Of a stretch of DNA of 64,000 nt, positions 54,805 to 64,000 are shown piece by piece. The stretch is from Escherichia phage JES2013. Every line of letters starts with the position of its first letter. Position 1 is the stretch's first letter. The position numbers were made by a program, and so were the translations under genes. Where the stretch lies: the sequence record KC690136; one strand, written 5' to 3'. A model generated the notes under the pieces. It was not told the origin of the DNA. It ran no database searches and was given only the letters and a program-made list of their open reading frames with translations.

Positions 54805-55535
54805 ACTGTCTCCTCCTGTGTCTTCTCAGCATTCTTTCTTGCAGCTATTGCATCGTCCCTGTTCTTGAAATACCCAAGGCATTTCCTTTTACCATCTACA
54901 TAAATTCTGGCTACCCATCTTTCATGGGTTTTATCCCAATTCACCCCTGAGCAACCGCTGGTGTTATTATACTGCACGGCTCTTCCACTCTTGTGCGAAA
55001 AACCATTATCTTCGAAGAACTTTCTTGCCCACTCTGCCTCTTCAAAAGTTCTGTACTGGCCTAGCCAGACCCTTTCACCTACAGAGTCTGTGCCTTGAGC
55101 TACCCACGCCTCTCTTTCTTCAGAATAGTGCACCCCGACCCTGCCAGATTTGTTGTTGCTACGAGGTATCTTGCAACTTTTCTTTTTGTTATCTGTAGGT
55201 TCGAGTAGTTGCAAATTTTGAATACTGTTGTCAGCCACACCACCTGTTTCCCTTATCTCCTTGATGTGGTCAACCTCATACCCTTCTGGTACAGGACCGT
55301 TAAACATTTCCCAGATTATAACGTGGGCACCTTTAGTGCAATGCTTTCCTAGACTAACCACAGGCCTGCCATCAGCATCTTGCCCCTTGTCAGCTCTGGA
55401 GCCTGCTGAAGTTTTAACATATCCTACACCGCTGCCTGCCAGAATGTCTATCTTCCAAAAAAGATTTTGACCGTCATACTCCAATATTTCTGACCACAAG
55501 TGATTGGCTACACAGTGATCTCTGAACTCGTTCAT
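54801..55535 (-). CDS. HNH homing endonuclease with AP2-type DNA-binding repeats
   Basis: HNH core EVDHIKEIRETGG...NLQLL; two AP2-like repeats (GVHYSEEREAWVAQ..., GVNWDKTHERWVARI...); sits between polymerase and primase-helicase. Confidence 0.6.
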   Translation of the reverse strand: MNEFRDHCVANHLWSEILEYDGQNLFWKIDILAGSGVGYVKTSAGSRADKGQDADGRPVVSLGKHCTKGAHVIIWEMFNGPVPEGYEVDHIKEIRETGGVADNSIQNLQLLEPTDNKKKSCKIPRSNNKSGRVGVHYSEEREAWVAQGTDSVGERVWLGQYRTFEEAEWARKFFEDNGFSHKSGRAVQYNNTSGCSGVNWDKTHERWVARIYVDGKRKCLGYFKNRDDAIAARKNAEKTQEETV

Positions 55536-55593
55536 AAAGTGTTCTCCTTAAAGGGGAGGCGGTTGTACTACCCCTCCCACTCTTTGTTAAACA

Positions 55594-57672
55594 TTAAAAA
55601 GGTGTTTCATCATCCTCAAAACCAGGAACATGGTCAGAGGACGGATCATCGTACTGGAGGTCTTCCTGCGTGTCAACAGGCTTAACAGTAGGAGTTACAA
55701 CCTTATCAGCCACAACCTTACCCATAGGTGTTTCTACAACTGCATGCTCCTGATCCTCAAACATAGCCTGAGGTCTCCAAACAACCTCCCCACCTTCTCC
55801 ATCTGTAAACATTTGCATTTCTTTGTCCCAGTACCAATTACTGGCATCATGGAACTTACCTGTATGTGGGTCCATAACCAAAGTGTCTGCAATACCTAAA
55901 GTTTTTGCTGGACGGTTTTTAAGACCTACCAGTCGGACACGCCCACGAGAACGATCCACCATTTCTTCGGCCTCGACACCTATGACTACCCAACTCAACT
56001 GTTCAAGCCCAGCCGATCCTCGCAAATTCTCTTTTCGCACAGGATACCAGAAAGGTAACGGGTTACCATCCTTGTCCTTAGGAGGCACAATCTCTGTACG
56101 TTTGAGGTGAGCGATCACCAAGATAAACACATTGAACTGCTTACAAAACGCAGCCAGCTGGGTCATAGCCATGTCCAGTTCTTTTCGCTCATCCTTAACA
56201 TTAAGCCCCGAAATTACCATGGACAGGTGATCCAGCACAATATAACGGCAATGGTACAGGCAAACCATTTGCTTAAGCTTGGTAATCAACTCGTCCACCG
56301 GAATAGACCCGAAATGTTTGAACACTTTGATTTTTCCAGCTTTTGCCCATGATTGGTGAATCTCTGCGTGTTCTTGATCAGTTAAAAACTGGCTAGGATC
56401 TTCAACAAACTCTTTAACATCAAACCCTAGCTGGTTTGCATACAAGGAGTTAATTGCTTCCTCTGGGTCCTCCTCAAGATGGATCATGCATAGACGATCA
56501 TCCTCTTCATAGTCATCGGCCTTCGGGCATGTCGGGTCCATCAAGTATCTTGCAATACAATGTTCCAGTTTTTTAGCTACAGTTGTTTTACCGCCCCCTG
56601 ATGGCCCTGTAAGCATTACGAGTGTCCCTTTGTGCAAGCCTTTTAGCATTTTTTGCAGTTTTGGAAACTCTGCGCTGATATCTACCCCGTTGGAAGTCTT
56701 TTTCCGCAAAGATTCGATAGAGAAGTCTTCTAAATCCGACACAGCATCAGGCACATACTTAACAGGATGCCGGAACATGTTTACAATATCTTCCAGCTTT
56801 TTAGCCTTTAGCATGTCACGGATATCTTTTACACCGTCAGGATCGTTTACCTCACCGGGGTATTCTACGTGGTAAACGTTATCAGCCATCAAAAATGCTG
56901 CGATATTGTGCGTGGCCTCAACACCTTTAATGACGTGTTTTTGCTTCTCTACCTCGTTAGCTGCATCGTTATCCATTGCCAGCACAACTGTTCCATAGCT
57001 ACGGATAAACTTCTCATTGTTTGCAAAAGTATCTACTGCGTTTGCACATCCACAGTTAATTCCAACAAAAGGCAGGCATGGTTTTCCTGCCAGATCGCCA
57101 CCGTTGATAACTGCATCGATCCCGTCCTGGACCTCTTTAGCCCACTGTTTCACCTTTGCCGGGGCTTTAGCGTTGGTGAGAATCCCTTTTACTTGTATCT
57201 GATATGCAGCCTGCCATGCTGCAATAACATCACCTTCTCCCTCACAAACGTTAATCTGCTTACGGTTGTTGGAAGATGCACACAGCTTTTGACCAAACAT
57301 CTGAGAGTTAGCCTTTACTATGCCAACAACGGAGAAATGGCCTCTTTGCTCTTTAGGAATCGTCCAGTCACGCTTTTTGAAACCGGACAGATTTCCGTAG
57401 CGGTCGTAATATGGGAAATATGTTGCAGTGACTGTCACACCATCTTCTTGGGATAATGCTGATCGCACACCAAAATATTGTGCAGCCATCAGACCGATAT
57501 TTTGTTGTGGGACAGGGACAATTTTAGTATTTTCTAAAACAGTCTCTACAGTTTCAACTTCTTTTTCATCACGATAGTCTCGTTTCACACTTCCCCCACT
57601 TTTATACTTAGTTGCTTTCGGGTTTGGCTCACCGAAACGGTTGTATGCAGATGCCATAAATTTACTTCCCAT
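55594..57672 (-). CDS. bifunctional primase-helicase (Toprim + DnaB-like helicase)
   Basis: Toprim-like EGEGD; Walker A GPSGGGKTT in C-terminal half; 692 aa. Confidence 0.7.
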   Translation of the reverse strand: MGSKFMASAYNRFGEPNPKATKYKSGGSVKRDYRDEKEVETVETVLENTKIVPVPQQNIGLMAAQYFGVRSALSQEDGVTVTATYFPYYDRYGNLSGFKKRDWTIPKEQRGHFSVVGIVKANSQMFGQKLCASSNNRKQINVCEGEGDVIAAWQAAYQIQVKGILTNAKAPAKVKQWAKEVQDGIDAVINGGDLAGKPCLPFVGINCGCANAVDTFANNEKFIRSYGTVVLAMDNDAANEVEKQKHVIKGVEATHNIAAFLMADNVYHVEYPGEVNDPDGVKDIRDMLKAKKLEDIVNMFRHPVKYVPDAVSDLEDFSIESLRKKTSNGVDISAEFPKLQKMLKGLHKGTLVMLTGPSGGGKTTVAKKLEHCIARYLMDPTCPKADDYEEDDRLCMIHLEEDPEEAINSLYANQLGFDVKEFVEDPSQFLTDQEHAEIHQSWAKAGKIKVFKHFGSIPVDELITKLKQMVCLYHCRYIVLDHLSMVISGLNVKDERKELDMAMTQLAAFCKQFNVFILVIAHLKRTEIVPPKDKDGNPLPFWYPVRKENLRGSAGLEQLSWVVIGVEAEEMVDRSRGRVRLVGLKNRPAKTLGIADTLVMDPHTGKFHDASNWYWDKEMQMFTDGEGGEVVWRPQAMFEDQEHAVVETPMGKVVADKVVTPTVKPVDTQEDLQYDDPSSDHVPGFEDDETPF

Positions 57673-58456
57673 TAATTCTGCTCCTTACTACAGGCTCGTT
57701 TGCTAAGAATACGGCTTTTGCCCAGCCACGTGGTGTGAGGCTTCGAATCATCTTCGTTCTTGCACTCTTTCCACCCAGCTTGGCGTGTTGCATGGAATAC
57801 CCGCTAACCACGTCAACTATTTGCGGGACAGGTTTTGTGGCCGGGATTATAAATCCATTACCTATCCAGCCGCAAGTTATTTTTGGATAGGCATCACGTG
57901 GAGCTATAAATTCAGGAAACCATGGGTTTACATCATCTTCCGGTAAATACCCGCCATAGTCAGAAGGATGAAAACGGTAATCAGGTTTGCGCCACAGTGT
58001 GGACATAACACCTACAGGATTCTCTACATGCCACGGGCAATCGTAAATCTCTCCCAGCTCTTCCGCAACCCGAGCATCCCTTACAGCATTAATTTGGATC
58101 ATGGGGTCCTTAGCCAGCTTTTTCTTAAAATGTGCAGCACCTGATACCGCTAAATGCGTGCACGGAGGAAATGCAAGAATAAAGTCTGGAGCTGGGTACA
58201 TGCAAAAAGTTTCCTGAGGGAACCATGGGTCAATCCAATAATCCACATAGTGAATGTTGGGATGATCGGTTATCACCTCTGCATAACTGCCGTGATCAGC
58301 ACCTTCTGCATTAAAGCACAGGCACAGATACCCAGCTTTTGCCCAGTCAATGACTGCACCACCAGATCCGTCAAATAGGCTCCACACAACACCTTTGTGG
58401 TAGTGTTCTTTGTAGATAAATTTCAATTTGCTGTCTCCTAATGCAAAAAGCCCCAC
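57662..58456 (-). CDS. DNA cytosine-C5 methyltransferase-like protein
   Basis: Motif I FDGSGG, motif IV PPCTHLAVSG (catalytic Cys), motif VI HVENPVG, in canonical order. Confidence 0.45.
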   Translation of the reverse strand: MGLFALGDSKLKFIYKEHYHKGVVWSLFDGSGGAVIDWAKAGYLCLCFNAEGADHGSYAEVITDHPNIHYVDYWIDPWFPQETFCMYPAPDFILAFPPCTHLAVSGAAHFKKKLAKDPMIQINAVRDARVAEELGEIYDCPWHVENPVGVMSTLWRKPDYRFHPSDYGGYLPEDDVNPWFPEFIAPRDAYPKITCGWIGNGFIIPATKPVPQIVDVVSGYSMQHAKLGGKSARTKMIRSLTPRGWAKAVFLANEPVVRSRINGK

Positions 58457-58477
58457 CCTTTCGGGCAGGGCCTAGTG

Positions 58478-58960
58478 TTAAACCCGGATACCTATTGTAT
58501 ACTCGGTGGATACCAATGTCAAATCTAAATTTAAAATTTCTTGCATCTCATAATATGCGTCCAGGGTGAGATACATTTCCCCATCCTTTTCTACATACTT
58601 GTCCAAGTGCTTGAGGCATTTCGGATAACTATCGAGTGCAGCTTTCAGACACTCAAACTCTGTGCTGTTGATGAGTCCTTCCATCTTGGCTACCCGTTCT
58701 GGGGTAACGATAGCACTGTAGTGAGATTTAGCTTCCTGAATGCAATGGGTCCAAGCATCAACTTTCTCTTCGAAAAGCCCGAAGAATTTCTTTTTGGTGA
58801 GCTTCAGATTCTTTAAGTGCTTAAGCACTCGGTTGCCGATCACAGCCACATCACGAAACTTAAGGATCACTTTGTCGATATCCTCGCGGCCTATTTTCAC
58901 AAAGCAAGCCTCACACATTTCAGGAGCTGCGTAACCTACTTTCCACATAAAATCTGACAT
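58478..58960 (-). CDS. hypothetical protein
   Basis: Track ORF. Confidence 0.45.
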   Translation of the reverse strand: MSDFMWKVGYAAPEMCEACFVKIGREDIDKVILKFRDVAVIGNRVLKHLKNLKLTKKKFFGLFEEKVDAWTHCIQEAKSHYSAIVTPERVAKMEGLINSTEFECLKAALDSYPKCLKHLDKYVEKDGEMYLTLDAYYEMQEILNLDLTLVSTEYTIGIRV

Positions 58961-58972
58961 AACACTATCTCC

Positions 58973-59371
58973 TTATTCTTCCTGAAAAGCAACGATATCA
59001 TATGAACTTGCAGACGATCCTGGTGAAGAATGACTCCAGTCTAGGTCATCAGAGTAGTCAGCGTACTGTGCACCACTACGTAGTTTATATTTTACCCACT
59101 TACCTGGTGCAGGGTTTTCACCACCTTCCCATACTTCCCAGCCTTCTGGCAGGCCGTCCTGGGAATAGTCATCCACCTCACTAATAATCTTAGGGTTTGG
59201 CACCAAGATCCCTGCAGGCTCTTCCTTCCGGATAAGTGTCCACACAACGTAGGTGTCTGAGCAGGCGCATGATAGCAAAGTATATCCACTATTCAGAACT
59301 TCTGCAAGCTCTTTTTCAGCATCTTCCAATTTGGTTAAGTGGTATTGGAGAATCTTCACACCTGTAATCAT
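58973..59371 (-). CDS. hypothetical protein
   Basis: Track ORF. Confidence 0.45.
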   Translation of the reverse strand: MITGVKILQYHLTKLEDAEKELAEVLNSGYTLLSCACSDTYVVWTLIRKEEPAGILVPNPKIISEVDDYSQDGLPEGWEVWEGGENPAPGKWVKYKLRSGAQYADYSDDLDWSHSSPGSSASSYDIVAFQEE

Positions 59372-59715
59372 CAGAAACCTCCCACTTCTTCGGCAAATGC
59401 AGCTGCTGTCGTCGCTGCATCCAGATAGGACTCTAGTTCACGGGCTGCACGTTTGTAAATTGAGTGGCGAATATCGTTTGGCAGTTGGTGGAAGTCCACC
59501 TCTTCACCGTTGTGGTAAACATGCACATCAGTGATCTGTCTAAATCCGTAATAGTCAACATCAGAATCACGGCACTCCGGGTCTGGCAACTGGACAACTG
59601 CCTGAGCTTCTACAGTGAACATATCGTCAAGTTCGAAATCGATTTCAAAAGTGTATGGTTTATAACGTTTCATCATTTGATTGTACTCTTTATTGATCAG
59701 ACTTATCTTTCGCAA
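59371..59715 (-). CDS. hypothetical protein
   Basis: Track ORF. Confidence 0.45.
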   Translation of the reverse strand: MRKISLINKEYNQMMKRYKPYTFEIDFELDDMFTVEAQAVVQLPDPECRDSDVDYYGFRQITDVHVYHNGEEVDFHQLPNDIRHSIYKRAARELESYLDAATTAAAFAEEVGGF

Positions 59716-61015
59716 TTAAGGTCGGGGCAAGTTTGTAATAACGGAAGCCACCACCACCTTGCCAGTTTACAGACTTAGAAATACCACCTTGATCTTCCCC
59801 ATCGATCACTTTTTCCAAGCGCGGAATAATATGGGTATGGCAATGATCACCAATCTCGATGGAGATCCAACGTCTTTTCATCTTGTGAGCTACAGCGGCA
59901 GTAGTTCCCGAACCACCGAATGAATCCAATACCAAATCACCTTCTCGCGTACACATTTCGAAAATCCGCTTCAAAAGCGCTTCTGGTTTTTTCCCATTTT
60001 TGAAACTAACGCCGCCTTCATTTGCTATTCCATTCCAACTAATGTCTGTCCAAACATCAGTTATTAGTTCCGCAGGTTGCATATCACCGTCAATTTCCAA
60101 AAGCCTGTTGGAGTAAAAGACCATTTGCCTACCATTTGCGATATAAAATCCTTCAACATCCTCATTTGGATGTACATAAACCTTATCCCTATCTTTCTTT
60201 GACTTCTCTATAGTTTCTTTTCTCTTTATTTTAGCACCACCACCAATTGCAACAGATTGAAATACACGTTCTGCATTATCAATTGCAAATTGTGCTAATT
60301 CATCATCGAATGTGTCAGGCAGTTTTTTCTTGGCTTCTTTTGCATCTTTATAGCCATTGGCCTTTGCAAACGCATCGGCAATACCGCACCACGTCCAATT
60401 TTTATAATGATCATCCGGGTTTAATAGGTATTTGTTATATCCGGTATCATACCCTTTAGGTATATAGATTTTGTTAAGCGGTTTCTGGGTGCGATCTTTT
60501 GCATATACAAGCAAAAAGTTTGCTGTGGAGAAAACTGTGGCTCCTGTTGCCTTAAATCCCGAAGGGGAATTTGTGGTCATCGATATGGTATTTAACTGAT
60601 TTGCACGACCAAAAATCTCGTCCATCAAAACTTTTAAATACGCCATTTCGCAATCATCTAAGTGAACGAATATTACCCCGTCATCACTTAGAAGATTACG
60701 AATTATTTCTAACCTATCCCTCATTAAGCCCAACCAAATGGAATGCTCCAGACTATCATCGTAGTGCTCAAAAGCCCTCCCGGTGTTGAATGGTGGGTCT
60801 ATGTAAACACACTTCACTTTGCCTGCGTACTCTTGCTCTAGCGCCTTCAATGCTAATAAGTTATCTCCAAAAATCAGCTTATTATCAAAAATATCGTTTT
60901 CGGTAACTCTCTGGCTGTGGTAAGACTTACTCGAATCTTCTAACAAAATGTGCGGCTCTAATTTTTTGCGCTCGTTTTTACCTATCCAGGTAAGTTCTAA
61001 TTTGGTTTTGCTCAT
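59690..61015 (-). CDS. DNA methyltransferase, beta-class (N6-adenine or N4-cytosine)
   Basis: Motif IV DPPF (VYIDPPFNTG) precedes motif I FGGSGTT. Confidence 0.7.
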   Translation of the reverse strand: MSKTKLELTWIGKNERKKLEPHILLEDSSKSYHSQRVTENDIFDNKLIFGDNLLALKALEQEYAGKVKCVYIDPPFNTGRAFEHYDDSLEHSIWLGLMRDRLEIIRNLLSDDGVIFVHLDDCEMAYLKVLMDEIFGRANQLNTISMTTNSPSGFKATGATVFSTANFLLVYAKDRTQKPLNKIYIPKGYDTGYNKYLLNPDDHYKNWTWCGIADAFAKANGYKDAKEAKKKLPDTFDDELAQFAIDNAERVFQSVAIGGGAKIKRKETIEKSKKDRDKVYVHPNEDVEGFYIANGRQMVFYSNRLLEIDGDMQPAELITDVWTDISWNGIANEGGVSFKNGKKPEALLKRIFEMCTREGDLVLDSFGGSGTTAAVAHKMKRRWISIEIGDHCHTHIIPRLEKVIDGEDQGGISKSVNWQGGGGFRYYKLAPTLIAKDKSDQ

Positions 61016-61076
61016 CGTTTGGTGCTCTCCTTAGTTTTTTGTGGGGAGGAGGCCTCCCCTTTATACTCACATCTTA

Positions 61077-61418
61077 CTACTCAAGGTCTTCAGAGTCAAG
61101 CTCAAAAAGAATCAAACTGTGCATGCCTGCAGAGAGATCAACACACCCTGCAACAATAAGGGTCTGATAGTAAGGTTCAGCACCCTCGATGTCTTCGTTA
61201 AAATCCACAACAAGGTAGTCACCTTTGTTAAAGGTGTATTTGTCCGATGTGAATGCAAAACCTGCCCAGTCCCCTACTGCAGGATCTTTATCAGTCACCT
61301 TTGTTAGCAGTAGATCTTTTTCACGAGATCTTTTAGTAAAATCGTGAATCACAACATCCTTCTCTTCAGGAGTTGGATTGCCACACACGTAGTTAACGAT
61401 ATTTCTCCACAAACTCAT
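61077..61418 (-). CDS. hypothetical protein
   Basis: Track ORF. Confidence 0.45.
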   Translation of the reverse strand: MSLWRNIVNYVCGNPTPEEKDVVIHDFTKRSREKDLLLTKVTDKDPAVGDWAGFAFTSDKYTFNKGDYLVVDFNEDIEGAEPYYQTLIVAGCVDLSAGMHSLILFELDSEDLE

Positions 61419-62785
61419 ACGTCCCCCTCTTCGGCTCTGGTTTCAAAATCTTTCCTGACAATTTTGTCTAAGTCAGGGAATGTTGTATTGTAAAACTCTA
61501 CGACTCGCGGGTCAACAATAATGTCAACTTCTCTTAGTGGACGCAACAAGTTTATTCCTTGTATTGTCTTAACTCTGCTCAAAGCGACATACGTCATCCC
61601 AGGAGAGAAAGCTCCGTTCTTTCCAAGGTCTAGGTTGTAACAATCTAGCGTAAGTCCTTGACTTTTATGAGATGTTACGGCGTACCCAGATTTCAGAGGA
61701 AGTTGCTTGTATGACCCAATCACTACCCTCTCTATAAACTTCTCCATCTTCCTTTCTGCAATGTTGTATCTCTGAGATGGCTTATACTCGTTATTCTCCC
61801 ACAACCTCTGCTCTATGTCAACCTGTGTTCCATCTTCAAGCTCTACCACCACCGCCTTGTTCTTAAATTTAACAATTGTGGCACGTGTTCCGTTAACATA
61901 ATAAGGTACTTTGTGCGTCGGGTCAACATCGTTGGCGGTTATCATAACTTTCATGCCAATTTTCAACTTCATCTCCTGCTCAACTGGCAGGGTGGAGGGA
62001 AACTTACCCTTCATTTCCCCAGTGTATACCTTCTCCGGGGCGTTGATGGCATCATAGAACCTTCTGTTCACTTCCTCTGCTTGTTTGTTGGTGGCGCAAA
62101 TTGTGAGAGCGTCTGTTGGTACACCGCCTTTGTAACAGCGAGCATTAAGTTCTGCTACAACCTCTTTTATGCGACGACCCTCACGAACACAGTTGAGCAT
62201 TGTGGCAAATCGAATAGACTCCTGTCGGAACTGATCTATTAGGGCTATGTTGTGGAGGTCAAGCTCTTTCCAAGATTCGGTATAGCAACACAGGTCTGTA
62301 TGGTAGAAGTTGAAGTAGGCTTCCTTCTCCATAGAAGAGACAACAGGAGGTGCCTGGTAAAAATCGCCAAACAATATGACCTGTATGCCTCCGAAAGGTT
62401 TGTCATTTTTTCGAAGGAAGCGAAGTTTCCTATCCATCTCTATAAACTTATCAGCACGGATCATAGAGATTTCATCGATAATCAGGATGGTAAATGCCTT
62501 GCTTTTCAAAGGCTTTGCTGTTTTTGCCCTTATTGCGGTCCAGTCTGACTCCATGCTCACACCTGCTGCAAGATCGAAGGTTCGGTGTGCTGTTGCTCCA
62601 TTAACGTTTAAAGCGGCTACCCCTGTCGGGGCAACCGTTATGCAAGAGTCTCCATACATTGACTGGATCATGTTGATGAGGTACGTCTTCCCACAACCTG
62701 CGGGTCCTGAAACGAAGACATTCTCACCGCTCATGATTGCAACGAGGGCAGCATCTGTGCCTACATCATACTGCCCTTTTTCCAT
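61415..62785 (-). CDS. SF1 DNA helicase (Pif1/RecD/Dda-like)
   Basis: Walker A GPAGCGKTY; Walker B IIDEISM; C-terminal SQGLTLD. Confidence 0.7.
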   Translation of the reverse strand: MEKGQYDVGTDAALVAIMSGENVFVSGPAGCGKTYLINMIQSMYGDSCITVAPTGVAALNVNGATAHRTFDLAAGVSMESDWTAIRAKTAKPLKSKAFTILIIDEISMIRADKFIEMDRKLRFLRKNDKPFGGIQVILFGDFYQAPPVVSSMEKEAYFNFYHTDLCCYTESWKELDLHNIALIDQFRQESIRFATMLNCVREGRRIKEVVAELNARCYKGGVPTDALTICATNKQAEEVNRRFYDAINAPEKVYTGEMKGKFPSTLPVEQEMKLKIGMKVMITANDVDPTHKVPYYVNGTRATIVKFKNKAVVVELEDGTQVDIEQRLWENNEYKPSQRYNIAERKMEKFIERVVIGSYKQLPLKSGYAVTSHKSQGLTLDCYNLDLGKNGAFSPGMTYVALSRVKTIQGINLLRPLREVDIIVDPRVVEFYNTTFPDLDKIVRKDFETRAEEGDV

Positions 62786-63990
62786 TACGCCTCCTCGTAA
62801 AGAATGTCGATAGTGTTACCGTCTCGGTCAACCACGTATTCAATCGGGTCTCCGTCCTTGCGTGCTTCCGGAGCTACCACAATCTCATAGCGGCATGCAC
62901 GGCACTTAGCGCTATTGTGTTGGTATGGCACACTAACCACATCTGCAGGGTCAACCATGACAGTCATTACAGTGCCGTAGCTCTTCGCATACTCTTTGCT
63001 GGCGCAGTGTAAGCCATAGGAGCACGCAGCTTCAGGATCATCCTCTACAAAGTTACGAGGCATGGATACAAAAGCACCTTGGTATTGTGGGACTTTACCA
63101 CTGTGCCAATCCACCCACTTGCTACCGTTAAACTGAACCCCTTTGTAGCAAATGATTCGACCATCTTCTGCAATCTGAATATCATTGGCCTGCATAAAAT
63201 CGTAGAGCATGTTTACAGATTTTGCAGAAGGATTGCGTAGCAGGCGAACGAGGAATTTCACATAGCGGTCATCCAGCGTTCCGTCTGCATAATCTTTCTC
63301 AATTTTCTTTGCAATGGTGGATCGCATCTCTACACCGTAGTAGTAGAGCTTACCATCTTTCATGATCAGGTTGTCTGCAAGTGTGGTGAACTCATTCTTG
63401 CGTTCCAGCCAGACAAGGATTTCACCAATTGCCTCGTCATATTCCTGAACAGAGATATGGTCGAAGACTTTCTGGTAAACTTCCTCACTTTCGCTGCGGC
63501 GAATTTCAAAAATGCCTTCGTTGCAGGTGATCTGGAGGAGTTCACCACAAATAACTACCAAAGGCTCGATGCTTCGAGTCTGTTGCTGAGACACACTGCT
63601 CACCACCTCCAGCACCGGATCTTTGACTTCTACTAAAGGTTCTTCTGACTTGATTGCTACCCCAGTGAACCCCACACCGTGAACAACACACAGTGGGTAT
63701 ACCACGCCCCAACGTTTAACGGAACCTTCGCCTAAATCTAAGATCATAGCGTACTTACCGTTATCTTCCAGACCGTATCGAAATAAACGGGCCTCTTCGC
63801 GGGTTTCAAAATCCTCACGGGTGTAGCAGACGCTGTCACGGTCAGGATCGAACAACTCTGGGGCACCAACTGCCAGTGTCCAGGTTGTGTCGCCTTTCTC
63901 AATGGCACATGTGAAACCCTTCTTCTCAAGTTCTGCACGGCGGTCTCGTGCTTCTTTACGGGTTTTGAAATGTTCGTAGATGAAAATCAT
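62785..63990 (-). CDS. hypothetical protein (401 aa), first gene of replication block in window
   Basis: GGAG RBS 6 nt before ATG 63990; no motif recognised with confidence. Confidence 0.5.
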   Translation of the reverse strand: MIFIYEHFKTRKEARDRRAELEKKGFTCAIEKGDTTWTLAVGAPELFDPDRDSVCYTREDFETREEARLFRYGLEDNGKYAMILDLGEGSVKRWGVVYPLCVVHGVGFTGVAIKSEEPLVEVKDPVLEVVSSVSQQQTRSIEPLVVICGELLQITCNEGIFEIRRSESEEVYQKVFDHISVQEYDEAIGEILVWLERKNEFTTLADNLIMKDGKLYYYGVEMRSTIAKKIEKDYADGTLDDRYVKFLVRLLRNPSAKSVNMLYDFMQANDIQIAEDGRIICYKGVQFNGSKWVDWHSGKVPQYQGAFVSMPRNFVEDDPEAACSYGLHCASKEYAKSYGTVMTVMVDPADVVSVPYQHNSAKCRACRYEIVVAPEARKDGDPIEYVVDRDGNTIDILYEEA

Positions 63991-64000
63991 CTTGGTCTCC

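Noticed and set aside
47061-63012. Plus-strand track ORFs within the minus-strand block (e.g. 47432-47776, 52030-52461, 56869-57456, 62376-62813)
   Set aside because: They lie antisense to long, motif-supported genes (polymerase, primase-helicase, helicase) and lack RBSs; treated as shadow ORFs.
1-64000. Prophage or mobile-element boundaries (integrase, transposase, att sites)
   Set aside because: No integrase, recombinase or transposase motif was seen and gene content is that of a virulent phage replication and early region.

Overview
This window reads as a segment of a large virulent tailed phage of an enterobacterial-type host (T5-like organisation, many consensus sigma70 TTGACA/TATAAT promoters). 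It has two convergent transcription blocks. The + block (1-29792) carries a DNA-metabolism module: 5'-3' flap exonuclease, Endo VII-like resolvase, DEDD exonuclease, DNA methyltransferases, dNMP kinase, a frameshifted NT5C-type deoxyribonucleotidase, ThyX, NrdA/NrdB/glutaredoxin, NrdD/NrdG, PhoH and a ClpP-like protease. It continues into a long tandem array of small acidic paralogous proteins that includes a ribosome hibernation factor (HPF) homolog. The - block (32386-63990) starts at the right with replication genes (Pif1/Dda-like helicase, beta-class MTase, C5-MTase-like protein, primase-helicase, HNH-AP2 endonuclease, family A DNA polymerase) and runs into about 40 small genes, among them a macrodomain-like protein, an HNH-like protein and an SSB-like protein. 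The two blocks converge on an ORF-free 2.5 kb region (29.8-32.3 kb) packed with iterons, palindromes and a recurring 9-mer; a second ORF-free repeat region lies at 42.45-43.43 kb. No tRNA, rRNA, CRISPR array, integrase or transposase was found. All calls rest on motif recognition by eye; no database search was possible. Start codons of small genes are approximate.
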